Of a DNA stretch of 47,403 nt, positions 1-12,552 are shown one piece after another. This stretch comes from Patellaria atrata CBS 101060. Lineage: Eukaryota. The notes under the pieces are model-generated. The model saw only the letters and a program-made list of their open reading frames with translations, searched no databases and was not told the origin of the DNA. Within the stretch, counting starts at the first letter, position 1; each line of letters opens with the position of its first letter. The position numbers and the translations under genes are program-made. Where the stretch lies: NCBI GenBank assembly GCA_010093705.1, contig MU006097.1:858298-905700 (forward strand), in the 5' to 3' direction.

Positions 1-1012
1 ATCGGCCGTGAAATTGAACCAGGACTCTATATCCTCGGAAGTTGATACATCATCTTTGTATCGAAGGAGGACGTAGAGACTTTGGAGCAAGTGTATTACT
101 ATCAGAATTTGTGTCTGGCGCCAAATAGATTCAAAGTCGATATTCTCATCAGGACCAGTATCAATTCCACATCCCTTCTCATAATTTTCGAAACAGCCGC
201 GCAAAGCTTGAACGTAGCGGCTAACAGTGTGATTGACAATGTTCGATTTTGGTCTTATAAAATCCACAAGTTTTCTTCCAATCAGAATTAACGGATTCTC
301 TTTCCAAATTGATTCATTTTCTGTTCGGGTGGAACTGAAACCTATGCGGAAAAGAATCTCACTAACTCTAATGACATGCACTCGTTCGGAAAGATACAGT
401 GTCCAGATACGAAATCGCCTCTGAGTTTGAGAAGAGGAGGAATCGGGATTCATTTGTACGGGTGCTGTGATTATCGAGGATCCTGGGAGAAATGTGCAAG
501 CACCGAAATTCAACGTCCCAGCAGCATCCTGAACGCTAATTACTTCCTCCTCCGTGAAACCGCTCAATAGTCGAACTTTAGACCTGTTTTGCCATTCTAG
601 AATAGCAATTCTGAGCGATATTACTTCGTCTAATTTTGCCTTTGCAGAGAGCCATAGTGCATCCTCCTTGATCTGATTGATATCGAAACGTCCTGCACCA
701 GACTGGGGAATATTTATCACCGCGGTTTTCGCATCGAATTCTTGCTTTGACCCTTGGTTATTCGCTGGGAAGGGCTGTAGTGGTTCGCGATATATTTTAA
801 CTGAAGGCTTCTCGACTAGAAATTGGATGATGGCATGGCTGGGCTTTGGTGGAGAGGTGGCAGAAAGTCCTTCGTATACAGCTTTCCATGATCTGAATGG
901 CTGTCAGTAGATATCATGATCAAAAAGGAAAGCAACATTACAGTAATGGTGACTGTCCACTCAGGCACTCATCTAGCGGAGGTAAATACTTGGACTTTGG
1001 ATCGGGCGTCAT
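1..1012 (-). CDS. NUP188: Nucleoporin Nup188/Nup184, 5' portion (gene continues beyond the left edge); intron 893-941
   Basis: Manual translation from ATG 1012: MTPDPKSKYLPPLDECLSGQSPLL|SWKAVYEGL...EFDAKTAVINIPQSGAGRFDINQIKEDALWLSAKAKLDEVISLRIAILEWQNRSKVRLLSGFTEEE. This matches the N-terminus of fungal Nup184/Nup188 as I recall it. A GTAATG...CTGAC...CAG intron restores the frame. It is absent from the ORF track, presumably because the frame runs off the window edge. Confidence 0.85.
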
Positions 1013-1401
1013 GGTTGCGCTTCAGTCAGCGCGATTGGGAAAAACACGAGATTCCATGAGGATAAGGAATTTTTTCAGGCGATTCGAGCTAAGGTCTGAC
1101 GCAGTATGCGATGTGGACCTCAGCAATCGCGACTCATTAACATGAGGGTTGAAATCACGCTCATGTTTATTTCGCTGTTTGCTACGCAGAACTGCGTTCT
1201 TGTCACATCTCGCTTGCCGTGAAGCTTGAACGTCACTCCAGGTCAAGAGTCAACCTTATGCACCACGTTTCCTCAATATATATCTTTCTAACAAATTCTC
1301 CTTCCTCTGAGCTTTTCTGAATCACCTTTCTTCCTCTCACTCAGTTCATGTAGAAAATCTCTCTTCAAATTCCTCACCTAATATTTGGTCATTCTTTCAT
1401 A

Positions 1402-2341
1402 ATGTCTACCCGCGGTCAGTTCAACACCAAGAACCCCACGATCAAACGCATCTGTAAGTTTCACAAAACTTTACTCTTGCGTTATCTACGCCGCGTACTC
1501 ATTATGCAAAGTGAAAGAAGCATCCGAACTTGTCTCCAACCCCTCCTTAGATTTTCATGCCGAGCCTCTAGAAGATAACCTCTTTGAATGGCACTTTACA
1601 CTATGTGGACCCCCTTCCCCATCCCCTTACGCCGGTGGTATCTACCATGGTCGCATAATACTACCATCTACGTACCCCTTAAGACCTCCTTCGTTTCGAT
1701 TCGTAACGGCCTCTGGAAGATTCGAAGTGAACCGCGAGATCTGTCTGTCAATAAGTGGGCATCATGAGGAGACATGGCAACCAGCTTGGGGTATCAGGAC
1801 AGCTCTGGTGGCCATTAGGAGTTTTATGGATACAGATGCAAAAGGTCAAGTTGGAGGTCTTGAATGTAGTGAACCTGCGAGAAAGAAGATGGCAAGCGAT
1901 AGCGCATCCTTTAAGTGCGGGACGTGTAGGAAGACTAATAAAGAGATAATGGCGGAGAGGGCTGAAGCGGCCAAGGAGATGGGAAGCAAAGGAAAAGAAG
2001 GGGTTGTTCCGGAAGAGCTGAGATTGGCTTATCGGGACGAACTGAATAAGGGCAAAGAGAATGCAAAGAACGACCCAGACCAGAAAGCGGAGTCCTCGCA
2101 ACAGTCGAAGGCCCAAGAAAGCCAAGCGCTGAAGCCAGATTCTCAACCTTCAGCTCAGAACGGAACTGCATCATCCTCTTCCCCGAATCCAGTTGTCGTT
2201 GTACAGCCTTCGCGTACGACACCCATAGTGACGCGACAAGCAACAGTCCAACATGATGCAGGCATACCAAGCTGGATCGATAAAGCGATATACGGCCTTG
2301 CAGCGTTGTTGATTTATATGGTTTTACGGAAGATCTTTTGA
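1402..2341 (+). CDS. UBE2J1: Tail-anchored ubiquitin-conjugating enzyme E2, UBE2J1/Ubc6 family (ERAD); exon 1 1402-1453, intron 1454-1511, exon 2 1512-2341
   Basis: MSTRGQFNTKNPTIKRIL-KEA...PLEDNLFEWHFT...YHGRI.LP..YP..PP...GRFEV.REICLSISGHHEETWQPAWGIRTAL, containing the active-site Cys. C-terminal TM segment (WIDKAIYGLAALLIYMVLRKIF). A GTAAGT donor and AAG acceptor keep the frame. Confidence 0.93.
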
Positions 2342-3013
2342 TTTACGAAGGGATATGTTATATGAAGATCATAGATGTCATTTCAGTACCTAATCCCCTG
2401 TTTCGGTATCTAAGACAACCCTGCATTGGAAGGCAAAACGCAGTTGATAAGAGTTAAGATTGTACTAGGATAAGATTATCATTATACAAATTACTCATTT
2501 TTGAAGAGTAGAGGTGTTTGCAAGCCATGCGTGCATATATTGAAACCGAGGTTCACCACCGGAGCTGCAAACAACACATGTTCTCCCCACCTGTCTCACG
2601 AGTCGAAGACTGGCTGTACCACTGAGTGAAGGAACTTTTTGGGAACATTGTCAAGCTTTAAACAATATTAAGCTCTACATATGGTGCTTTGTTAGGTGGA
2701 AAATATCTATTCCCAACCTAATCGATCTCTGAACTCAATATGGATCTCTTCAGGTTATCCTCCTAGATATATAAACTATCTTCTTACTCCTTGTTACCTG
2801 TCTTTTTCTTCAGGAGTGACTACAAAAATCAATTGCAGAGATATCCGCAACATTGAGAAAGACCAGAATATCAACTAAACAATCTAGCAACTACTAGAAT
2901 CAGTCCTTCCGCTTCGTATCGCGACTGGATCGAACCCGGCTCACTCGTTCAAGGAAGTGGCCCTTCTCAATTCAAGAACAATCTCCCATTGAGCATCGCG
3001 GTAGCAAGCAACG

Positions 3014-3493
3014 ATGCCAGCAATCATAATCCTAAGCCCATCATCTATAAGGAGTCCGACATTCCCTCTCATTCCAATTATCACGATATCGCCTCCTACG
3101 CCAACAACAGTGAAATTTAGGGATCCCATGTCAACTACGATTGCAGTGGCAATATCACATCCCGAGGAGGTTAAATCTTCATACGCTGCAGATACGGAAA
3201 CATCACATAACACAGATCTTCAGCCACTACCTACAGTCAACATTGACCCGTCAGCCCCTGAGCATACCGAAACTTCAGATCTAGCGAAGTCAGAACCATC
3301 AGAGTCGGAGCAACGCGAGTCTTCTAAGCATACCGACGTCCAACTTACACATCCTGATGACGTTGTTTCATCCGCTTCTTCAGAATCGCAAGATTTTCCT
3401 CGTGCGGTCAGAACTAGGGCTACGCTCAAAACAAAGAGTATGTCTACATTAACTACGCAATATCCAAATGATATGCTGACGGTACATTTGTAG
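3014..3493 (+). CDS. Hypothetical Ser/Pro/Thr-rich protein (159 aa)
   Basis: Single ORF with ATG and low-complexity composition, containing a PIITISPP motif. No recognisable domain. Confidence 0.35.
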   Translation: MPAIIILSPSSIRSPTFPLIPIITISPPTPTTVKFRDPMSTTIAVAISHPEEVKSSYAADTETSHNTDLQPLPTVNIDPSAPEHTETSDLAKSEPSESEQRESSKHTDVQLTHPDDVVSSASSESQDFPRAVRTRATLKTKSMSTLTTQYPNDMLTVHL

Positions 3494-3957
3494 TGCACAA
3501 GACGCTGATATGTGTTGTTATGTGACAACTGTCCTACATGGGACGGCCTCGGGGGAGTTATAAATAGCAGGATGCCTATGAGATGCTAATTCACTGTGGT
3601 ACGAAAGTCTCACGTAAGGGTGCTCATGCTGTTATTGTAGATTAGGATAGTTAAAAGTAATGAGAAATGAGGATATACCATGGATTCTTAGGACACTTTT
3701 TCATCGAGTCTGTGCAAATTTGCGGTTTAAATGTGTTTTCCTCCTCTATGAACGACAAATCAGCTCCCCCAGTCCTGAACTCCCATTTTCCCAACCCTCA
3801 CAACTCCCCTGTCATCCGGTTAGTCAATCCTAACCCATATCCCCTAACCAAGACTCTCCCCAACAACCTTCCTATGAAAGAGTTTTCTTTATCGGTATAC
3901 CCTACACAAATCAGATATCAGTACTTATCTTTCCTAGATCACCGAGATATCTCACCC

Positions 3958-4173
3958 TTAGTAACCCAAGTGGATGTACGCCGTATCCATGTAGGACTTA
4001 TATTCCGGCAACTTAGGTGTGGCCCTAGCCTTGATCTTTTGGAAAATTGATTTGAGAAGATTTTTGGAAGAGTTGGCGGTGTATGTGCTGTTTAGGGACT
4101 GAGTGTCGAGGGAGATGTCTTTTACGGAGGGAAAGGAAGTAATGTTGGAGTTGTTGGAGGGAGAGGTGGACAT
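3958..4173 (-). CDS. Small hypothetical protein (71 aa)
   Basis: ATG in CATAATG context; TATAAG on the minus strand at ~4412-4417; pyrimidine/C-rich leader and G-rich trailer on the coding strand, like a real transcription unit. No domain recognised. Confidence 0.45.
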   Translation of the reverse strand: MSTSPSNNSNITSFPSVKDISLDTQSLNSTYTANSSKNLLKSIFQKIKARATPKLPEYKSYMDTAYIHLGY

Positions 4174-5367
4174 TATGATTGTGAAGTGGAGGTATTGAAC
4201 TGATTGGTTTGATATAAAGTTGGTATCTTGTGAATATGATGGTTTGGAAATAGAAGGATAGAACTCGACTGGGTGAGCTCCGAATTTGACCTCTGGTTTG
4301 ATTTTGGAGATAAAGAAGAAGATATGATTCTCTTTGAGAAGATGGATTGAATTTCAGATATGAAAATCTTGTTAAAACAGAAACTTTCTGAAGCACAAAC
4401 TCACCCTCCTACTTATACCCCTTTCCTCATCCCTTCCACCGCCCACCACGACCGCGAATACCACCTCTATCATACAAGGCTATGCAACACATCTTCATCA
4501 ACGTACCAATAACATAACCTCACAGAGGAGCGGTAGCATTACGGCATTCGTGACACCGTAGAAAGGGATGCTCGTCATTGGCCACATCGTCTATTATTTC
4601 TACCTAAGCACACAGCTTAGAAATCCGATGCGTTATCCGCTTGCATATTTCCACATATTGACTCATTATCGGAGACAGACAGTGATGTATACACTTCCGA
4701 ATGAGTCTTTTACATATTTTACGTGCCGCATATTTTATTTCCACTATTGATATGTTTTGTCGTATCATCTAACAGTTGAGAAGGGTATGGTGGTGATTGG
4801 TTGAATCATCTAGGTGGAATCGGTAAGACGAGCCGAGGGCGATCCGACGGATGAACTATTCCTGTTACGGAATAGTTGGCCTGGGCAGAGTGCAAATGGA
4901 CTGAAAGTGGAAATGCATCCGATGAGCTTGGATTTCTTAACCTACTTTACGATAGACGGTGTAGAGGGAAAAATACAATAGGAGCCGTGAGAGCCAAGAA
5001 GCTAAGGACTCTATGGGTAGTCTATGTACCTTAAAGGCATCTAGAATTTTTGTGAATAGCAAAATGTATTGTAGCTGTTATGTTGATGTCAAGTGAGGTG
5101 AAAACGACAATGACATCATATCGGCTGAGACGGCACAAGTAGTTATTCCTTAGAAACTGACTCGCTTGCCTCTACAACAAGGAATAGAATCGATGATGTT
5201 ATCATCTTAGTTTGTTGAACTGACATCGAGTATCGAACTATATTGTCTCTTCCAACTACTTTCTGTCCACTTCTTAAAATTATTTTCTGGTTTTCCTCAT
5301 CAGACAACCAAAGCACACTACTAGAGATTTTACTCTTGTGTTTTTCTGCTATCAAATCTGGATAGGC

Positions 5368-7060
5368 ATGGTTGCACAGCGTCGAAGAAATCTTGAAGCT
5401 GCACCGAATAGCAATGATGATCAAGACACCTACCGCAGAGACGATCTCGAAAGCGCGATTCCACCAGAGTCACCAAGATCCCGGTTCAAGGATGTCGTGC
5501 ATAGAACGATTGACGCCCAGAAGGCCCAGAAGTTGAAGGAGAAACTAAGGAGTGGAATAGATCGTAAAGGGATGGAACAATATCGTAAGAGTCAAGAAGA
5601 AGTATGACATGGAATATTGCGCATAGAATTCCACTGATACTGATACGCTACATGACAGCTTAAACGGATTTCCAATAAGAAAGTCAAAAAGTTTTACCAA
5701 GAACAGAATGAACGTCTCAATGATTTGGTCGAAATAGACCATCTAGTCATGAGTCTGGCTGATGATATACTGGATTCTATGAACCCCCAGGACATGGACA
5801 ACGATGGCATTTGTGGTAAGTAAGCCTAATAAAATTCGGGCTACAATATGCCTATAACGGGTCGTAGAATCTGGTGGCGCATTACAGCGTGTAAACGAAA
5901 GTATAGAGCCCCTTTTACCTGATGATGAAAGACAACGCCGACGCAAAGGGAGAAGAAACGCGAGATGGGCTGTCAACGTTTGTCTTCATGATCTCCCACG
6001 GAGCCTTCTGTCACTAACATCCCGTTTTTAGATCAATGTCATTGCAAATATTCTCTTGCTACTTGCAAAATGCATTGCAGCGGCATATTCGGACTCTCTG
6101 TCGTTAATCGCTTCTCTGGTCGATTCTGCTCTAGATTTACTGTGTACTTTGATCGTGTGGACTACCACCAAGCTCGTTAGCTGGAAGTTACATATGCTTA
6201 AAGCCAAGTTCCCCGTAGGAAGACGAAGATTAGAACCTCTTGGTATCCTGGTCTTTTCGATTGTGAGCACCTTGAATCTTATGACAGGTTCTTAGTAAGG
6301 GGAAATGCTAATAGTACTAGATCATGATTGTTTCATTCGTTCAGATCCTGCAAGAATCTGTCACAAAATTGCTCCCCGGAGGTGATAGAACAACTGTTAA
6401 ACTTCCTCCTATTGCTATTGCCGCAATGGCAAGTACAGTAGGTGTTAAGGGCATTATCTGGATAGGTTGCGCAAGGATCAAGACAACCCAGGTCGAAGCT
6501 CTAGCAAAAGGTAACTAGAACTGAGTCTTGACCGAGAACATGCTGAAAAATTATGACCTTAGATTGCAAGACCGATGTCTTCTTCAATACCCTTTCTCTT
6601 CTATTTCCGGTTATTGGGCATCAACTGAACGTGTGGTGGCTAGATCCAGCAGGCGCCGCCATTCTTTCATTATTCATCATCTATGATTGGGCGGAGACTA
6701 GTTTCGAAAACATTACACGGCTTATGGGCGCGGCCGCTAGCGAACGGCTTCACCAGAAGGTCATGTATATGGCTTGGAGATTTGCTCCTCTTGTCAAGTC
6801 ATATAAAAGTCTTAAAGCGTACCACGCCGGAGACGGTGTATGGGTGGAACTTGACGTGCTGATGGACGAGAAGACGCCACTACGACAAGCTCATGACGTA
6901 GCTGAGACTCTTCAATATTGCTGTGAAGGTCTTGGGGAAGTGGATAGAGCATTTGTGACTGTTGATTGTTCGCCCTCTCTAACTCCTCATTTGAAGAATT
7001 TTGCGCTAACAACACTTTTCAGATGCCTGGCAAGGACCGACTGGACATGTTGCTGAGTAA
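5368..7060 (+). CDS. Cation diffusion facilitator (Mn-CDF / MTP8-11-like metal tolerance protein), multi-exon
   Basis: Spliced translation contains KKFYQEQNERL, SLSLIASLVDSALD (DxxxD), FPVGRRRLEPLGILVFS, DCKTDVFFNTLSL, WWLDPAGA, AYHAGDGVWVELDV and EVDRAFVTVDY...GPTGHVAE*. About six GT-AG introns (first 5602-5658, last 6968-7022). Confidence 0.92.
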
Positions 7061-8077
7061 AATGGGGTTTTTGGGGCGGGTACCGTGTTACATACATACT
7101 GTATTGTCAAGAACTGCATGTTAGGGACTGCATACCGTAAGGAGTACGTCAGGATAATGGCATGCATTTGAACATAATTTGATAACAGAAAATATCCAAC
7201 TGTAGAGTACGGTTTACCACTAAGCTAAGCAGTGCAACTTCCTTTCTGACCAGTATGGGTTGCCGTAAACTTAATGGGACTTCAACTCTTCAGCCTTGTA
7301 ACATCATCTCGTCCGTAAGAACGCGTCTTACGATTCAACGAGGCTGCGTATACGGACAATCTGGTTCTTATCATGCAGGAAAGTTTTTGATACTATTCAA
7401 TACTGATATGGACTCCTATTATCATTTTATGCGGCTGTAACGGACAGTCATCTCGTAGGTTAAGACTCCAATTCTCAACCCAGGTATCGAAGGAGATCCG
7501 AGTATCAGTAGTATCGACAACTCTGGCCTTGGTTTGAGAGTTCCGTGTGAGCGTCGCACTGCCCTGCATGCACTACTTCAAATGGGTCGTTCTTCTTCGA
7601 CCTTAACCTATGTGATCACCTCGTATTAGGCGATAACAGCTAGCCTTAAGACTACCCTTTTCTTCTGCACCTTGACAGTACCGTCAAATCAACAGTCTTT
7701 CTTATATGTTCTTATTTTCCCGGTGGAGTCTGAATGTACGACTGAACCTCTACCGCCCCATCAACCCTTTTCATATCCTCGTCCAAATGTACGGCTGAAC
7801 CCCATGCTCCCTCCATCAACCCTTTTCTATGAACCCTCAGGCTTCACTAAGTGATACTTGCATATATTGATTGCGTGGCACACTCGCAACCCTTTTCGAT
7901 AGATTCTGTTAAAGCAGCGAGTAGTTGTGTTAAGTGAAGATTTGGGTAACTGATGCCCCAGTTGCTGTAACCCCAAATCATACTAGCCCATTTTTACTGT
8001 AGGTTGCTTTCTATTGTAATTGCTCTCACCTTCCCAACTGAATTATAAATCTGATTTCCCACAGGCATGAGACAGTC

Positions 8078-8800
8078 ATGCCAGCTCTACTGGAACGCAA
8101 AGAATCATTAGAACCCAGAGCTATAGAGACTATTGATTTTAAACATAAATATTTGAAATGTATAGAATGTTTTAGATCCCTGTTTAAACTCTACGAGCAG
8201 GGAATAGATTCCGGACACTTGATTATCGCGTGTCCTTTATCATCCTGCACTTTTCTAGCGGCAACGCCAGCAATAATGAGGATGCATAAAGAGACTGGCC
8301 ATAGCCGCGAGACTGGCACGACAGGTCATGCGGTATTTGTGTGCAGACAGGATGGTTGTGCTGCGAAGTTTGACCGGTTTGACACTTATCTTCGCCACGA
8401 AAATGGACATAGTAATTCAGCGCCCCGCTATCCATGTCACCACTGCAGGAAATACCGGGGTATCAATGGGTTTAAGTGTAGAGATCACCTCACCCAGCAT
8501 CTGAGGAACTACCACCACATTGGTGAGAGTGATGGGAGCTTCCAAGGAAAGTCTTGTCACCATCAGAACTGCGAGCACTACCGCGAGAAGCATGATAGGC
8601 CATGGGAGTCAGGTCAAGTATTCCAAAAATCTTCAGACTACCATACACACATGAGGAAAGTGCACGACGAGACCCCTTATCCTTGTAAAGCGCCTGGTTG
8701 TGTTCGTGTCTGGGGAAAGGGCTATTTCTGCGAGGTGGGACATGATCAAGCATATGAAGAAAGAGGATCCTAAGTACGCAGCTACAAACAACCATGGTTG
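8078..8800 (+). CDS. C2H2 zinc-finger protein; last finger apparently frameshifted (possible pseudogene or sequence error)
   Basis: Repeated CxxxxC...HxxxH fingers (CPLSSC..HKETGH; CRQDGC..HENGH; CHHC..HLRNYH; CHHQNC..HMRKVH; CKAPGC..). The ORF ends at 8773, but the shifted frame after ~8737 reads DMIKHMKKED...* (stop ~8800). Confidence 0.75.
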
Positions 8801-9302
8801 AGTAAGGTAGTCTTCCGGGGAGGGACTCAGTATTTAATTTTACTGTGGTCTGTCCTTACAATTCTGGTTCTTGTTCCTCCGTCTATTCCCGTTTCTCCTT
8901 TCCCACTCAAAAAACACAAAAATATGTACCACCCCTTACTTCAACGACGTTACCACTAGATTCTCATTTCCCAGTATAACATGTCAGCCGCGCCGTTTTC
9001 TTTTGTTGGGCGTTTTTAGGTTCCGGTTGGTAGATTAGAATACACTGTCGTTACCGTAACTCTGCTCGCCCTCCATTCAGTGATATTAGTTTCGTGACGC
9101 CAAAGGATCGAGCTATCTGCATCAGGGTATATTGCTCGTTGCTATCTTAGGTATCATCTCCAGTTCCTCCTCTTACTTCCTATGTTCTTCCGAATGCACT
9201 GTAAGAAAACGCTGAATGCAACGACAATATTAAAATCCACAACATAAATTTCCATACACATAAGGCCCCTACATTATCTCTCATGGAAAACAATGGTCAA
9301 AT

Positions 9303-10469
9303 CTACACCACCCTCCACACAGCCCACCATACCACAGCTCCCGCAACCAAAACCGCGCCCGCCAAATCCCGGACCGCGATCTTGCGCATCCCGAAGTGAA
9401 TCTCTTGGTTCCAGACATCACCCGCTACCAGGGGGATAACCATATTTTCATCTTTCCCCTCCCCCTTCTCCTTTAGACCCTCCTCCCTTACCTCCTCAAC
9501 CCTCTTAACCCCCTTCTCTCTCACCACCTTCATCGGCACAACAATATGCTTCGGCGTCGCCAACAAACAATCCAACTCCTCCACAACGCGAATACTAAAC
9601 GCAAAAATACTCAACGCCTCACCAATAACATCCCTCCTCTCCGCCTGCGTGAGAACCATATCGGCAGCCGCAAACCCCGCCTTAAACTCCGCCTTGACAT
9701 CCTCGCCATCAGCCTCGCCCTCAAAGTTAAAAAACCGTAGCGGCACCTCCGGCGTAGCATCCAGATTGTTTATGGAGTCCTGCTGCGATGCATCCGCCCG
9801 CCGCCTCCTATCCCTCGAACTCGACGCCGGCGGCGCAGAAAGCCAGAACTCACGCGGCGCGGAGGCGAGCTGGGCGCGGATCCAGCGCCCCCCGGAGAAT
9901 AGCGCCATATACAGCACCCAGGCGTACGCGAGGAGGACGTGTGGGCGAGCTTGTGCGGTGGCGGTGAGGTGGGCGGCGAAGTCTTGTACGACTTCGCCGG
10001 GGAAGTGGGAGAGGTGCGCTGCGAGGTCTACGTCGCTTAGACCATAGAGTTGGGCGAGGTCTTGTTTGAGACGGGTGGAGCGGGGGAGGCCGGGGGGGAG
10101 GAGGGTCGATAAGAGACTGAGAAGGGCGGGCCGCGGAGGGGTGGTGTCTGGAGAGGAGAGGAGGAGAGAGAGGGAGGGGTTGCGCGGGGTTGAGAGGTCG
10201 GAGAGGTCGGAGAGGAGGGACTCGATTGTGAGGTAGATGTGTGCGAAGTGCGTTAAGCCGTGGGTGTAGAGTCTTGGGGATGATGAGATAGGAGGGAGGG
10301 CCAGGGGGAGACGGGAGGTTAGGAAGCGGTTCAGGGTTGTGTGGGGTTGTCTATACGTTCATAGTCAGTATAATTAGTTACCTGCGAGTATATTGGACGG
10401 GTACCTCGTAGCAGCGTTTATCTCTGCGCTCAGCGAGCTTGGAGGCGGCGAAAGCGGCGGTGCGGGCAT
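9303..10469 (-). CDS. Heme oxygenase-like protein with C-terminal membrane anchor; intron 10351-10404
   Basis: MPAPPLSPPPSSLSAEINAATR|QPHTTLNRFLTSRLPLALPP...PHVLLAYAWVLYMALFSGGRWIRAQL...LRFFNF...KAEFK..., in frame with ORF 9303-9917. It has the proximal His region and the LxGG distal-helix motif of the heme oxygenase fold, plus a hydrophobic C-terminus. Confidence 0.88.
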
Positions 10470-11099
10470 ATTGGGAGAGTTCTCTTGCGAAAGCATTATG
10501 AAAGACGAGACGGGAAGTCTCGTAGAGCGCGTCGCGCAGCCCTATTTAAGTCACCTTGAGGACTTCATGGTGTTGTAGGCAGAAGAGCAAAAGGCCGGCA
10601 CGTGGAAGATATCAGAGTCAAGGTGAGGCCACGCGGGATGGGCAAGGATGCTCGGAGCCGGGGCGCCACATCCCGTGCTGGGACATAGTATTAAACTACC
10701 GGTTCCTATGTCAAGTGATGACAGCTTTGGTTTCTGATGAGAAGTGAGATGTCTTTGGTGATACGAAGGAATTATGGGAGATGATCAGGGACAAGTGATT
10801 AGATTTCGACGTTCAGCGCAAGGTTACGTCATGTGAGGCTGAAATGGAATCGCTGGTGAGGCTTGACTTCGATACCTCCTGAGGGTAGTGTCCTTCCGTT
10901 ACACATATCACTTAATAAAGAGCAAAATTAAACTATACCTAAGTGGATTGCTATACTTGAATGATGAATATAAAATAATGGTCATTTATCTGCTGCACAA
11001 GGTGAGTAAGTTCTATCCATCATCTACGGTGGACCTAACCATGTGAATTAGATAGATAGGTACCTTAGGGTTCTTCAAAGGATTCAATACCCTCTTGTA

Positions 11100-12552
11100 T
11101 GACTAATTTTAGCACTTTCGTCGATCCGATATCATTGCGATATACATAAATGTCAAGCCCTAAATTGAAGTACACCTCGGCCTTGATTTGCCTGTTATGT
11201 TCGCGATAAATCAATCCGATCGAGATGGAAACCCATATGGTGTAGTTTCTATCTCCACCGACTAAATTCCGGCCTTGAGCCCTACATTATGGAGAATCTT
11301 TTGCGCTTCATCAACAAAATCCCCTACCGCAAATGATGCTTGGTCCAGAACTGTTTCTTCATAACATCTTGAAGGTTGAATTCGTAACCTCAGAATCTCC
11401 ATTCTTAGAAACCTAAGATAGCACTACTTTTCTCTCACTCCTAATGGAACTTTTTAAGAATTTAAAAAAAATGGGAAAAAAGAAAAAAAGTTGCAAAAGA
11501 AAACCTCCGTAGAGGAGGGAAAGTTATAACCTGGCGAACGCATTTAACTTCATAAAGAAAATATTCTGGCGGAAGCGGGGCTCGAACTAATGACTTGTTG
11601 ACTGATAGGAAATTGACTGAAGGAAATATGACAAATGAGAATGCCACCACTAAGCCATTGCCGCCAGAATTGAAAGTGAGCAGCATTTGAGCGTCTATGA
11701 GGGACTTGTTTGGTGAAGGATTTTGTTTGAACCTGCCTCCTTTACAATATAGTTATTATTCTTGAATGCAGGACCATTGTTGAGGTAGAGTGTAAGTAAG
11801 TGAGATTCAGCTCGGAGGTCCGGATTAGTACGATCCTTCAATTGGAGTCTAAACTACGATAGCTGACGGTATCTTTACCATTATTTCACCTATAATAATT
11901 GCTACGGAGAATTAAGATTCGTCTTACTCATGAACCTTTTTGTACGATTTACACTATTTTCGGCCTCGCTCAAGGTCCACTGAAATCCTTCGTATCGAAA
12001 GACTGTTTCTTTTCCATCTTCAGTTCTCCTCTGATTTGCTCTATTAACCATCCACCGCGCTAACATCACCCTGTAGATGTTTCCGCCATTTCTATATCTT
12101 GAACCGCTTTTGTATTCTTTTGTCCTACGAAGAGCCAAATGTTGAGTTAGTAGAAAGGATAGATCGACTCACGGCGCATTGAACCCATGCTTCTCTTTCA
12201 TCTCTCGCATGGTCTCATTGAGGCTATCGTTCCCCCAAATATATAATTTCTCGATCTCGTCATACTGCTTTTTCCAATCCAAATTTTGATATCTCGACCT
12301 CCGCGGTGCTGCGGGTGATACCCGTGTTGCTTTTGGTGGTACGATGCTCTGATACGATACATCAGAATCTACTGCTGTTGAACCACTGGATTCTACATCG
12401 GTAGCATTGTGCAACTCTGGCCCAGCTATTGTCCTCACTTGTTGCCCATGTGGTGTAAGTGTATATGCCACGTCATATTCGGGCCCGGTTGAAGGAGGAA
12501 GATTAAAAGGTTTGCCCGTCGAAGAAGAATTCAGGCATCTGGCTCCCTTCAT
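11100..12552 (-). pseudogene. Degenerate Clr5-domain gene, possibly with a C-terminal TPR-like remnant
   Basis: LDWKKQYDEIEKLYIWGNDSLNETMREMKEKHGFNA is a typical Clr5 domain. The continuation KEYK/KRFKI*KWRKHL...ARWMVNRANQRRTEDGKETVFRYEG needs frameshifts and has TAG (12092-12094) where Trp is expected. Downstream frames are broken and AT-rich. The left boundary is approximate. Confidence 0.65.

Noticed and set aside
2920..2945. B-box-like GGTTCGATCC on the minus strand (possible tRNA)
   Set aside because: No A box at suitable spacing and no cloverleaf stems.
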